The notes under the pieces are model-generated. The model saw nothing but the letters and a program-made list of their open reading frames with translations. It had not been told where the DNA came from and did not search any database. Positions 45,093 to 53,908 of a stretch of 64,000 bases of DNA are shown here, piece after piece; positions within the stretch are counted from its first letter, which is position 1, and the number at the start of each line of letters is the position of its first letter. The translations under genes and the position numbers were made by a program. The DNA is taken from the NCBI GenBank assembly GCA_050733215.1, contig JBOHSN010000002.1, positions 3,933 through 67,932 of the forward strand, read 5' to 3'. Origin of the DNA: Gemmatimonadales bacterium (lineage in GTDB: Bacteria; Gemmatimonadota; Gemmatimonadetes; Gemmatimonadales; GWC2-71-9).

Positions 45093-46223
45093 GTGACCGG
45101 GCGGCTCGTCCTGCTGGGCGCCGGCCACGCTCATCTGTTCGTGCTGGAGGGCCTCGCGAAGCGGCCGTTGCGAGGAGTCGAGACGACGCTGATCTCCCTC
45201 GACGCGCGGCAGGCCTACTCCGGAATGGTCCCCGGCATGATCGGCGGGCGGTACGAGTTGGACGAGCTGAGCTTCGACCTTCCCGCGATCTGCCGCCGGG
45301 CCGGCGTCACGTTCCTCCAAGGCGGGGCGACGCGTCTGATCCCGGTGGAGCGCCGGGTCGTGCTCGACGCCGGCACCAGCCTCGTCTATGACCTGCTCTC
45401 TATCACGACCGGGTCCACCGTGGAAGGTGGGGACCTCCCCGGCGTGGCCGAGCATGCCCTCTGCGTCAAACCGATCGGGCGAGCCGTCGAGATCGTGCCG
45501 GCGCTGGAGCGGGCGGCGCGCTTGACCCGTGAGGCTGCAGTGATAGTCGTCGGAGGGGGCGCGGCCGGCGTAGAGATGGCGCTTGCCGCGCGCGCGCGAC
45601 TTCGAATGCTCGGTCGGGTCGACGCGAGCGTCACGCTGATCGAATCGGAGGCTCGGCTGTTCGGCGGACGTACGCCGGCGGCCGAGGGGCCGGTCACGCG
45701 CGCGCTCGCCGCCAACCGCGTGACCCTCCGACTCGGGGCCAAGGTCAGCGAGGTCCTGGCGGACGCCGTCCGACTCGAGCCACCCGCCAGGGCGCTGCCG
45801 GCGAACGTGACGATCTGGGCCGCGGGTGCCGCGGCGGCGGCCCTGTTACGCGACAGCGGTCTGGCGCTGGACGAGCGCGGCTTTCTGTTGGTCGACGATC
45901 GGTTGCGATCGGTCTCGGACGCTGCGGTGTTCGCGGCCGGGGATGCGGCCACGTTGGAGCGCTATCCGGGGACGCCCAAGGCCGGCGTTTACGCCGTCCG
46001 CGAGGGACCTGTGCTCTGGGAGAACCTGCAAGCGGCCGCGCGGGGGGACCCACCCGGGGTGCGCTACCGCCCCCAGCCGCGATTTCTCGCGCTCCTCAAC
46101 ACCGGTGATGGACGGGCGATCGTGTCCTACGGGCGGGTGTCGGCTTGGGGACGCTGGGCAATGACGGTTAAGGACCGGATCGACCGCAGCTTCATGCGCC
46201 GGTTTCACCGGCTGCAGCGGTGA
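45093..46223 (+). CDS. FAD-dependent pyridine nucleotide-disulfide oxidoreductase (NDH-2/SQR-like family)
   Basis: 376 aa, GTG start. LVLLGAGHAHL (FAD GxGxxG), VVGGGAAGVEMA (NAD) and FAAGDAA. Confidence 0.85.
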   Translation: MTGRLVLLGAGHAHLFVLEGLAKRPLRGVETTLISLDARQAYSGMVPGMIGGRYELDELSFDLPAICRRAGVTFLQGGATRLIPVERRVVLDAGTSLVYDLLSITTGSTVEGGDLPGVAEHALCVKPIGRAVEIVPALERAARLTREAAVIVVGGGAAGVEMALAARARLRMLGRVDASVTLIESEARLFGGRTPAAEGPVTRALAANRVTLRLGAKVSEVLADAVRLEPPARALPANVTIWAAGAAAAALLRDSGLALDERGFLLVDDRLRSVSDAAVFAAGDAATLERYPGTPKAGVYAVREGPVLWENLQAAARGDPPGVRYRPQPRFLALLNTGDGRAIVSYGRVSAWGRWAMTVKDRIDRSFMRRFHRLQR

Positions 46224-46342
46224 GTGAGACAGGACCTGCCGCCCGACGGTGAGCCGCGCTTCCGCCCACTGAGCTTCATGGCCGCCGACTCCCGCGACGC
46301 CTAAGTTGGCGGCGTGGGGGTACGAGTCTCGATGGAGGCGCC

Positions 46343-46615
46343 ATGACGCCCGACAATTGGATGGTACTGCTCCCTTTCATGCCGCTGCTCGGGGCGCTGC
46401 CGCTGGCCGCGGCCGCCGTTGCCGTGGCGTTCATCTGGCGGCGGCGGCGTGAAAAGCCGATGGAGATGCTGGAGGCGCAGAACGCCGAGCTCCGCGAGGA
46501 GTTGCACGCGGTGCGCCGCGAGTTGAGCGACGCGCACGAGCGCCTCGACTTCACCGAGCGGCTGCTGACGGAGCGAGGGCGAGTCCCGGGCGAGGTTCCG
46601 CCCCCGCATCAGTGA
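46343..46615 (+). CDS. Small membrane-anchored coiled-coil protein
   Basis: 90 aa with a TM helix (WMVLLPFMPLLGALPLAAAAVAVAFIW), then RRRRE and a heptad-like helix. Confidence 0.6.
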   Translation: MTPDNWMVLLPFMPLLGALPLAAAAVAVAFIWRRRREKPMEMLEAQNAELREELHAVRRELSDAHERLDFTERLLTERGRVPGEVPPPHQ

Positions 46616-46664
46616 AACGCCTCGAGGCGGTGGTGCAGGTGGCCGCGGCTGACGAGCCCTCGAT

Positions 46665-47750
46665 CTATCGCCCGAACAGCCTCGCGAACACGCCGGTCCC
46701 GCCCACCGATTCGAAGGCCGCCGCGAGGTCCATCATCGAGGCGTAACGCTCCTCGGGAAGGACGGCGAGCGCCTTGGTGATCACGGTCTCGAGCCTCGGC
46801 GGCAGATCCTCGCGCACCGCCCGCAACCGGAGCGGCTGCGCCTTGAGGCGCGCCAGCATCGCTTCCTGAGCGTTTCTGCCCTCGAAGGGGAGCCTGCCGG
46901 TGAACATCTCGAACGCGAGTACCCCGACGGCGTACACATCGCTCCGGCCGTCGAGCGGCTTGCCGCGGATCTGCTCGGGACTCATGAACTCCGGTGTGCC
47001 GAGGACGATGCCCGTCTGGGTGAGTTTGACCACTTCCGGATCGGCGCGCCGCTCCTTTGCGAGGCCGAAGTCCATGACCACCGCACGCCGGCCGAACGGG
47101 CTTGCTTCGTCGGGGACGAGCATGATGTTCTCGGGCTTGAGGTCCCGATGGACGATCTGGAGCGAGTGGGCATGTTGAAGGCCGCGGCACATCTGCACCA
47201 GCACCGCGATCCCCTCGGCCACCGGGAATGGCCCCCGGCGGTTCTCCGCCTCGCTGAGTGGCTCGCCGGGCAGGTACGGCATCACGAGGTACATGAGCCC
47301 GTCGGCGGTCTCGCCCACCCGAAGGATGCGGCACACGTTGGGGTGGTCGAGCCGCATGGCGATGGCGGCCTCGCGCCGGAGTCGCTCGACCGAGCCGGGA
47401 TCACGGCTGAGCCGCGGGGTGAGAATCTTCACCGCCAGCTGGGCCCCCGTCTCCAGGTCTGCCGCGAGGTAGACGTACGCCATCCCGCCCTCGCCGAGCC
47501 GCCGCGTCACGCGGTAGCGGCCATCCACCATCTGACCGGTCAGCCCGACCGCGGCTGCCGGCCGTTCGCCCGCGCCGTCTCCCGGCCGCTCCCGCTCGCT
47601 TCCGCCCTCGCCGGCCACACCCGCCCCGCCGGTCCCGCCGGTCCCGCCGGATCCCGGCGACACTTCCACCAGCGGCGTCCCGTCGCTCGGACAGAAGCGG
47701 GCAGGGGCGGCGTAATGGTTGTGGCAGCGTGGGCAGCGGCGGTTCTTCAA
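46665..47750 (-). CDS. Ser/Thr protein kinase with N-terminal zinc-ribbon
   Basis: CPRCHNHY..FCPSDG, then kinase motifs (GEGGMAYVY, VAVKIL-like AVKIL, HRDLKPENIML, DFGLAK, GTPEFMSPE). Start set at TTG 47750, which overlaps the upstream stop (TTGA). The track start at 47852 would overlap the GGDEF gene by about 100 nt. Confidence 0.85.
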   Translation of the reverse strand: MKNRRCPRCHNHYAAPARFCPSDGTPLVEVSPGSGGTGGTGGAGVAGEGGSERERPGDGAGERPAAAVGLTGQMVDGRYRVTRRLGEGGMAYVYLAADLETGAQLAVKILTPRLSRDPGSVERLRREAAIAMRLDHPNVCRILRVGETADGLMYLVMPYLPGEPLSEAENRRGPFPVAEGIAVLVQMCRGLQHAHSLQIVHRDLKPENIMLVPDEASPFGRRAVVMDFGLAKERRADPEVVKLTQTGIVLGTPEFMSPEQIRGKPLDGRSDVYAVGVLAFEMFTGRLPFEGRNAQEAMLARLKAQPLRLRAVREDLPPRLETVITKALAVLPEERYASMMDLAAAFESVGGTGVFARLFGR

Positions 47751-49177
47751 TCCCGGAAGCGGTTCCGGCCGTCGGTCTTGGCGCGGTAGAGATGGGTGTC
47801 GGCGAGCTGGAGCAGCGACTGGCCGTCGCTCACGCGCTCGTCGGGATAGCACGCCATGCCGATGCTGATCGTCACCCGCACCCGGCTGCTTTCCTCGCCG
47901 AATTCGTGGGTGGCGACGCGGCGCAGCAGGCGCTCGGCGAAGTTGCGCGATTCGGGCGTCGTGGTCTCGGGAAGGAGCACGACGAACTCCTCGCCGCCGT
48001 AGCGCGCGACCACGTCCACGGACCGGAGCTCCCGCCGGAGAAGCGTGGCCAGTTGCTTCAGGACCACGTCGCCCACCAGGTGGCCGTGCGTGTCATTGAT
48101 CTGCTTGAAGTTGTCGATGTCGATCATGAGCGCGGTGAGGCGCGCAGCGTAGCGGGCGGCGCGGTCCATTTCCTGCTCGAGCTTCTCCATCAGCGCGCGC
48201 CGGTTGTACACGCCGGTGAGCGCATCGGTCTCCGCGAGCTGGCGCATCTCCTCCTGCCCCAGCACCGCGTGCTCGAGATCGTAGGCCTTCTCCAGCGCCG
48301 CGACGGCCGAGCGGATCACCTGCACCGCGAAGTCGAGGTCGTTCTCGTTCAATGCGCTGCTCTCGCCGGTCGTCCGGAGGAAAAACGCGCCGGCCGGCCG
48401 TTCCCTGAGGCTGAACCGCACGCAGATCGCGGAGCGGGTGGGCACCGGCCGTCCCTCGGCCAGCCACGCGTCGCGCACCTCGTGGTAGAGCGGATCGGTG
48501 CGCACGTCGCGCACCAGCACCGTGTCGCCGGTCTCCAGACAGTGCCCGATCTCGGGATAGCGCCGGAGGTCCACCGGCAGATTCTGGAGCATCGGGTTCT
48601 CGTAGGCCGCGACGACGGTCGCCTTGTGGTCATCGGGGCCGGCGAGGAGAATGGAACAGCGTGAGATGTTGAGCGCGTGCGCCACCCGCCGCACCAGGAT
48701 CTGGTAGATCTCGTTCGGCTGGAGCGCGGACGTGACCTCGTGCAGGATGTCCACCATCGCCGAGCGGTCCCGCGCCACCGAGCGGGCCGAGTTCAGCTCC
48801 CGGCCCATCCGGAGATGCGCCTTCACCCGGGCGAGCAGCTCGCGCTGCTTGAAGGGCTTGGGAATGAAGTCGCTGGCGCCCAGCCCGAGCGAGCGTACAG
48901 TGGCGTCCTCGGGGGGCATGGACGAGATCATCAGCACGGGCAGGTCGCGGAACCGGGCGTCTGCCTTGACCCGCTGCAGGAGCTGGAGCCCGTCCACCCG
49001 GGGCATCATGATGTCCAGGAGGAGCAGATCGTACGCGTCATCCTGCAGCTGCTCGAGCAGCCGGTCGCCGCCGGGCACGGTCGTGACGTCGTAGCCGTTT
49101 TCGCGCAGGATGAACGCGAGCGTGAACGACACGGCCGGGTCGTCGTCGGCGATGAGGATCTTGCCGGAGTAACTCAT
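47747..49177 (-). CDS. Response regulator (REC, GAF, GGDEF diguanylate cyclase)
   Basis: 476 aa. ILIADDDPAV..LLLLDIMMPRVDG..KPF, a GAF-like middle domain, and a GGDEF domain with RYGGEEFVVLL. Confidence 0.92.
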   Translation of the reverse strand: MSYSGKILIADDDPAVSFTLAFILRENGYDVTTVPGGDRLLEQLQDDAYDLLLLDIMMPRVDGLQLLQRVKADARFRDLPVLMISSMPPEDATVRSLGLGASDFIPKPFKQRELLARVKAHLRMGRELNSARSVARDRSAMVDILHEVTSALQPNEIYQILVRRVAHALNISRCSILLAGPDDHKATVVAAYENPMLQNLPVDLRRYPEIGHCLETGDTVLVRDVRTDPLYHEVRDAWLAEGRPVPTRSAICVRFSLRERPAGAFFLRTTGESSALNENDLDFAVQVIRSAVAALEKAYDLEHAVLGQEEMRQLAETDALTGVYNRRALMEKLEQEMDRAARYAARLTALMIDIDNFKQINDTHGHLVGDVVLKQLATLLRRELRSVDVVARYGGEEFVVLLPETTTPESRNFAERLLRRVATHEFGEESSRVRVTISIGMACYPDERVSDGQSLLQLADTHLYRAKTDGRNRFRD

Positions 49178-49187
49178 GCGTCGCGTC

Positions 49188-51671
49188 CTAGGCGTCCGTT
49201 CCGGGTGCGACCTCCTCTGCCTCCTCCGCCCCGGTCTCGTCCTCCTTCACCACGCGGGCCACGTCCTGCACCGCGTCGCCGGACTCGAGGTTCATCACCC
49301 GCACGCCCTGCGTGTTCCGTCCGATGACGCGGATGCCGTCCACCGGCACCCGGATAATCACGCCGTGCTTGGTGATCATCATCAGCTCGTCGTCGGGCAG
49401 CACCTCCTTGAGGGCCACCAGCGGGCCGGTCTTGTCAGTCACCTTGAAGGTGATGATGCCCTTGCCGCCGCGCTTCTGCACCCGATAATCGGAGAGCTCC
49501 GACCGCTTCCCGTAGCCGTGCTCGCTCACCACGAGGATGGTGGAGTCGCGCCGCACCACCATCATGCCGATCACCGCGTCGGTCGGGTCGAGCTCGATGC
49601 CTTTGACGCCCGTGGTGGCCCGGCCCATGTCGCGCACGTCGCCCTGGTGGAACCGGATGCTCATCCCCTGCGTCGTCGCCAGGATGATGTCGCTGTTCGG
49701 ATCGCACACCTGGACGTCGATCAGCTCGTCGCCCTCGTCGATGTTGATGGCGCGGATGCCGTTGGCGCGGACGTTGGCGTACTCCGAGAGCAGCGTCTTC
49801 TTCACCGTGCCCTGCCGGGTCGCGAAGATCAGGCTCTCACTCTCGGCGAATTCCTTGACCCTGACGAGCGCGGCGATGGCCTCGTTGGCCTTCATGCCGA
49901 TGCAGTGGACGATCGGCTTGCCCCTGGCCGCCCGGCTCGCCTGGGGAATCTCATGGACCTTGAGCCAGTACGCCTGCCCGGTGTTCGCGAAGAACATCAG
50001 GTAGTCGTGCGTGCTCGCGATGAACAGGTGCTCCACCCAATCGTCGGCCTTGAGGTCCGCCCCGTTGAGCCCCCGGCCGCCCCGCCGCTGCCGGCGGAAC
50101 TGCGAGACCGGAATCCGCTTGATGTAGCCCGAGTGGGAGATGGTGACGACCATGTCCTCCTGGGCGATCAGATCCTCGACCGTGAACTCGCCCTGGTCGG
50201 CCACGATCTCGGTGCGCCGCTCGTCGCCGAACCGCTCCGCGACCTCGTCCATCTCCTCCTTGAGGATGGTCATGCGCTTCGGCTTGGATGCCAGGATCCC
50301 CTTCAGCTCCTTGATGGTGGCCCGCACCTCCTTGAGCTCCGCCTCGAGCTTCTCGATCTCGAGACCGGTGAGCTTGGCCAGGCGCATGTTGAGAATGGCG
50401 TCGCTCTGCTTCTCGGAGAGCCCAAACCGCTTGCGCAGCCGCGCGTCGGCATCCGGCACGTCCTTCGACTTCCTGATGACCTCGACGACCTCGTCGATGT
50501 TGTCGACGGCGACCTTGAGACCCTCGAGGATGTGCTCCCGTGCCTGCGCCGCGTCGAGGTCGAACTGGGTCCGGCGGACGACGATCTCGTGCCGGTGCTC
50601 CACGAACCGCTCGAGGAGCTGCTTCAGGTTCATGATCTTCGGGGCGCCGCGGTCGAGCGCCAGCATGATCACGCCGAAGGTGGACTGCATCGCGGTGTGC
50701 TTGTAGAGCTGGTTGAGCACGACGTTGGGATTCGCGTCGCGCTTCAGCTCGATGACGATCCGCATGCCGTCCTTGTCGGACTCGTCGTTGACGCCGCTGA
50801 TTCCCTCCAGCTTCTTCTCCGCCGCCTGCTCGGCGATGGCGCGGACCAGGTTCTCCTTGTTGACCTGGTACGGGATCTCGGTCACCACGATCTGGGAGCG
50901 GCCAGTGGACTCCTTCTCCTCGATCTGCGCGCGGGCGCGCATCACGACCCGCCCGCGCCCGTTCTCGTAGGCTTGCTTCACTCCCTCGCGGCCGTAGATG
51001 TAACCACCGGTCGGGAAGTCGGGCCCCTTGATGACCTTCCGGATCTCCCCGATGGTCGCGTCGGGATCGTCGATGAGGAGCTGAACCGCCTTGGCGACCT
51101 CGCGCAGGTTGTGCGGGGGGATGTTGGTCGCCATGCCCACCGCGATCCCGCTCGAGCCGTTCACGAGCAGATTGGGAATCTTGGCCGGGAGGACCGTCGG
51201 CTCGCGCAGCCGATCGTCGAAGTTGGGCTGGAAGTCGACCGTATTCTTGTCGATGTCTTCCAGCAGCGTGATGGCGACGGGGGTGAGCCGAGCTTCGGTG
51301 TAGCGATAGGCCGCGGCGGGGTCGCCGTCCACCGACCCGAAGTTCCCCTGCCCGTCGATCAGCGGATAGCGGAGTGAGAACTCCTGCACCATCCGGACGA
51401 GCGCGTCGTACACCGAGCCGTCGCCATGCGGGTGATATTTCCCCAGCACGTCGCCCACGACCGTCGCCGACTTCTTGTAGGCGCGGCCCGGGACGAGGCC
51501 CAGCTCGTTCATGGCGTACAGGATCCGCCGATGCACCGGCTTGAGTCCGTCCCGGACGTCCGGCAGCGCGCGGGAAACGATGACGCTCATCGAGTAGTTG
51601 ATGAACGACTGCTGCATCTCTTCCTCGATCAGGCGCGGAAGGATGCGTTCACGCGTGTCGGGTCCGCTCAT
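49188..51671 (-). CDS. gyrA: DNA gyrase subunit A
   Basis: 827 aa. [27 protein letters not shown] (QRDR), [10 protein letters not shown] (active-site Tyr) and C-terminal beta-pinwheel repeats. Confidence 0.97.
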   Translation of the reverse strand: MSGPDTRERILPRLIEEEMQQSFINYSMSVIVSRALPDVRDGLKPVHRRILYAMNELGLVPGRAYKKSATVVGDVLGKYHPHGDGSVYDALVRMVQEFSLRYPLIDGQGNFGSVDGDPAAAYRYTEARLTPVAITLLEDIDKNTVDFQPNFDDRLREPTVLPAKIPNLLVNGSSGIAVGMATNIPPHNLREVAKAVQLLIDDPDATIGEIRKVIKGPDFPTGGYIYGREGVKQAYENGRGRVVMRARAQIEEKESTGRSQIVVTEIPYQVNKENLVRAIAEQAAEKKLEGISGVNDESDKDGMRIVIELKRDANPNVVLNQLYKHTAMQSTFGVIMLALDRGAPKIMNLKQLLERFVEHRHEIVVRRTQFDLDAAQAREHILEGLKVAVDNIDEVVEVIRKSKDVPDADARLRKRFGLSEKQSDAILNMRLAKLTGLEIEKLEAELKEVRATIKELKGILASKPKRMTILKEEMDEVAERFGDERRTEIVADQGEFTVEDLIAQEDMVVTISHSGYIKRIPVSQFRRQRRGGRGLNGADLKADDWVEHLFIASTHDYLMFFANTGQAYWLKVHEIPQASRAARGKPIVHCIGMKANEAIAALVRVKEFAESESLIFATRQGTVKKTLLSEYANVRANGIRAINIDEGDELIDVQVCDPNSDIILATTQGMSIRFHQGDVRDMGRATTGVKGIELDPTDAVIGMMVVRRDSTILVVSEHGYGKRSELSDYRVQKRGGKGIITFKVTDKTGPLVALKEVLPDDELMMITKHGVIIRVPVDGIRVIGRNTQGVRVMNLESGDAVQDVARVVKEDETGAEEAEEVAPGTDA

Positions 51672-51730
51672 CGGCAGGGTCCACGGGTCGGGCTACGGGA
51701 GCCGGCACCACGGCCGGCAGAGAGCCCCCA

Positions 51731-51760
51731 AATATAGTCCGCTGCACCGTCCCCGAGCAA
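51731..51760 (-). promoter_or_regulatory. Candidate gyrA promoter
   Basis: The minus strand reads TTGCTC-N18-TATATT, about 60 nt upstream of the gyrA ATG. Confidence 0.3.
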
Positions 51761-51816
51761 CCGGGAGAGCGGCACGCAACCGTGTGTGAAATAAAGAATT
51801 AGGCGACGATGAGCCG

Positions 51817-52358
51817 ATGACGCCCAACGCCGCCCCCCAGGCAGAGTTCGCCCTGCACCCCGCGGCGTTCCTGGTGCACGACCCCGTCGCGCTCCGTGCC
51901 CTGGCCGTTGGCGACGTCGTCGGCGACCACGACGCCTTCCGCCCGGCCCGCACCAATCCGAACCAGCTGTTTACCCGCGACTCGCTGATCACGATTCCCT
52001 GGGTACCGGACGGCTACGTGCGCGGCGCATGGCCAAGCCGCTCCGCTGCACGGAGTCGGAGACGATGGCGGCCGCGGTCGAGCGTCTGGGACTTCGCGAG
52101 CTGATCCGGCTGCCGGGCGATCTCTATCTGGAGGGTGGAGACGTGGTGCTGTTCAGCCGCGGCGGGCGGCGCCGCGGACCCGGCTCGGCACGCTGCGGTG
52201 CCTGCGGGACCGGATGATTCCCGATGTGGTCGACGAAATCGTGCCCACGACGTGGTCGTGGCGGACTCGAGGTCTACCGCACGCCGGGCTCCGAGCTGGT
52301 GAAAGGCCGGGGCGGACCTCGCTGCATGACCCGGCCGATCTATCGCCTTCCGGCGTAG
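51817..52358 (+). pseudogene. Decayed amidinotransferase-superfamily gene (arginine deiminase/DDAH-like), frameshifted and internally deleted
   Basis: Family-like pieces lie in different frames: NQLFTRDSLITIPWVPDGYVRG (frame 1); MAKPLRCTESETMAAAVERLGLRELIRLPGDLYLEGGDVVLF (frame 3, stop at 52215); ..[23 protein letters not shown] (frame 2); [26 protein letters not shown] (frame 3, catalytic-Cys end motif). Together they are far shorter than an intact member. Confidence 0.65.
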
Positions 52359-52540
52359 CCGGTCGCACCCGGCGTGGCGGGCGGCGGGACCGGCGTGCGC
52401 GCCTGCCGGATGAGGTACACTGTCCCCCTCGCGCGGCCGGTGACCGGCCCCGGCCGGGGCGCCACGACCCGCCCCAGCAACCGTCCATGCGGGTCGGCCA
52501 GCTCTTCGGCGCACGGCGGCGCGGCGTCACTCTGCTCCAT
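52340..52540 (-). CDS. Possible small protein (66 aa), function unknown
   Basis: ATG at 52540 with GGGAGCGAAGG immediately upstream. High GC3. [48 protein letters not shown].. I recognised no family. It could be a shadow ORF. Confidence 0.25.
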   Translation of the reverse strand: MEQSDAAPPCAEELADPHGRLLGRVVAPRPGPVTGRARGTVYLIRQARTPVPPPATPGATGYAGRR

Positions 52541-52680
52541 CCTTCGCTCCCATCGATTGGTCCAGGGAGTCAGATGCGCCGAATCGCCGGGGGGTTGCGT
52601 CCCGTAGGGCTCGCGCAACCCTCGTCCGGCGGCTGGTGTCAGAACCTCGACACCGGAGGAACCTTGGACCTTGGAGCCCG

Positions 52681-53220
52681 GTGGACGACCGCACCCTGAT
52701 CGCCCGCGTGCTCGCCGGCGACCCGACCGCCGAGCGCGCGTTGTACGACGCGCACGTCGATCGCGTCTTCTGGCTGGCGTACCGCCTGGCGGGCGACCAG
52801 GACCGGGCACAGGACTACACCCAGGAGACGTTCATCCGTGCCTTCGCCAAGCTGGGAGAGTTCCGCGGGGAGTCGGCGCTGGGCACCTGGATCTGCTCCA
52901 TCGCGGTGTCGGTGGCGCTCAACGGGCTGCGCAAGCTGAAGCGGCTCCGCAACCGCGAGGTGGAGCTCGAGCTAGTCGAGCCGGTGCTGCCGGTCGTCTC
53001 CCGGCCCGCCGCGGAGCCGGACCTCAAGGAACGACTGGCTCGCGCCGTCGACGACCTGCCGGAAGGATATCGGACCGTGTTCCTGATGCATGATGTCGAG
53101 GGCTATACCCACGAAGAGATCGGCCGCGCGCTGGGCGTGCAGAGCGGCACCTCGAAGGCGCAGCTCTTCCGGGCGCGGGCCAAGCTCCGCACGGCCCTCG
53201 CCGATTTCGCGAGAGACTAG
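52681..53220 (+). CDS. ECF-type RNA polymerase sigma factor
   Basis: Region 2 (YDAHVDRVFWLAYRLAGDQDRAQDYTQETFIRAF) and region 4 (LPEGYRTVFLMHDVEGYTHEEIGRALGVQSGTSKAQLFRAR). Start chosen at GTG 52681 with GGAG 5 nt upstream; the track start is 52636. Confidence 0.9.
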   Translation: MDDRTLIARVLAGDPTAERALYDAHVDRVFWLAYRLAGDQDRAQDYTQETFIRAFAKLGEFRGESALGTWICSIAVSVALNGLRKLKRLRNREVELELVEPVLPVVSRPAAEPDLKERLARAVDDLPEGYRTVFLMHDVEGYTHEEIGRALGVQSGTSKAQLFRARAKLRTALADFARD

Positions 53221-53221
53221 C

Positions 53222-53908
53222 GTGATCGCACCGATGGACGACGAGCCGCTCTCACCCGAGCTCCGCGATGCCGCGGAGGCGTACCACCGACCACCGGAGA
53301 CGCCGCGGGAGGAGATGTGGGCCGCGATCCGGATGACCAGAGGGACCGATGGTCCGATGGTCCGAGGGGCGCCGCCGCGCTCGCCAGTCCATCGGTCCAT
53401 CGGACCATCCGTCCATCGCTGGTGGGCGCCAGCTGCCATCGCCGCCGCAGTCGCGCTCGCGTTCGGCCTGGGGCGCCTGAGCTCGAGGCCCGAGACGCGT
53501 TGGGCCGCCGACGCGCCCTTGGCCGCCGCACCCAGGACCGGCGGATCGGTCGCGTTCCGCGTCGCCGCCGTAGAACATCTCGGGCAAGCCGAGTCGTTCC
53601 TGACGCTCTTCCGGGCCTCGGTACGGAGCGGCGCGCCCGACGGCCTTGCCTCGCCCACGGCGCGCCAGCTGCTCGCGACGAACCGCCTGCTGCTCGATTC
53701 GCCCGCCTCCGCCGACCCGAAGCTTCGCCTCCTGCTCGAGGATCTCGAGCTCGTCCTCGCCGGCATCGCGCAGCTCTCGCCGGGACGGGTATCGGAGGAC
53801 CTCGATCTCATCACCAAGGACCTCGAGCGCAGTGCCGTGCTGCTGCGCCTCCGTGCGGCCGTGCCGGCGGGCGGCACCGCCCCCGCCAGACGACCTGGAG
53901 CCCTCTGA
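53222..53908 (+). CDS. Anti-sigma factor (single-pass membrane protein)
   Basis: It lies immediately downstream of the sigma gene. Cytoplasmic N-terminus, TM helix WWAPAAIAAAVALAFGLG and a helical periplasmic domain. Start is GTG 53222 or ATG 53234. Confidence 0.75.
   Translation: MIAPMDDEPLSPELRDAAEAYHRPPETPREEMWAAIRMTRGTDGPMVRGAPPRSPVHRSIGPSVHRWWAPAAIAAAVALAFGLGRLSSRPETRWAADAPLAAAPRTGGSVAFRVAAVEHLGQAESFLTLFRASVRSGAPDGLASPTARQLLATNRLLLDSPASADPKLRLLLEDLELVLAGIAQLSPGRVSEDLDLITKDLERSAVLLRLRAAVPAGGTAPARRPGAL
53343..53418. repeat. Inverted arrays of 8-nt tandem repeats (CCGATGGT-type) inside the anti-sigma CDS
   Basis: Left arm: GACCGATG GTCCGATG GTCCGAGG. Right arm: GTCCATCG GTCCATCG GACCATCC GTCCATCG. 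The arms are separated by a 22-bp GC core. Confidence 0.8.

Noticed and set aside
45093-46223. Recoding or selenocysteine in the FAD oxidoreductase
   Set aside because: The ORF is continuous from the GTG to the stop, with no in-frame TGA and no SECIS-like hairpin.
49176-51377. 733-aa plus-strand ORF
   Set aside because: It is antisense to gyrA, which is unambiguous.
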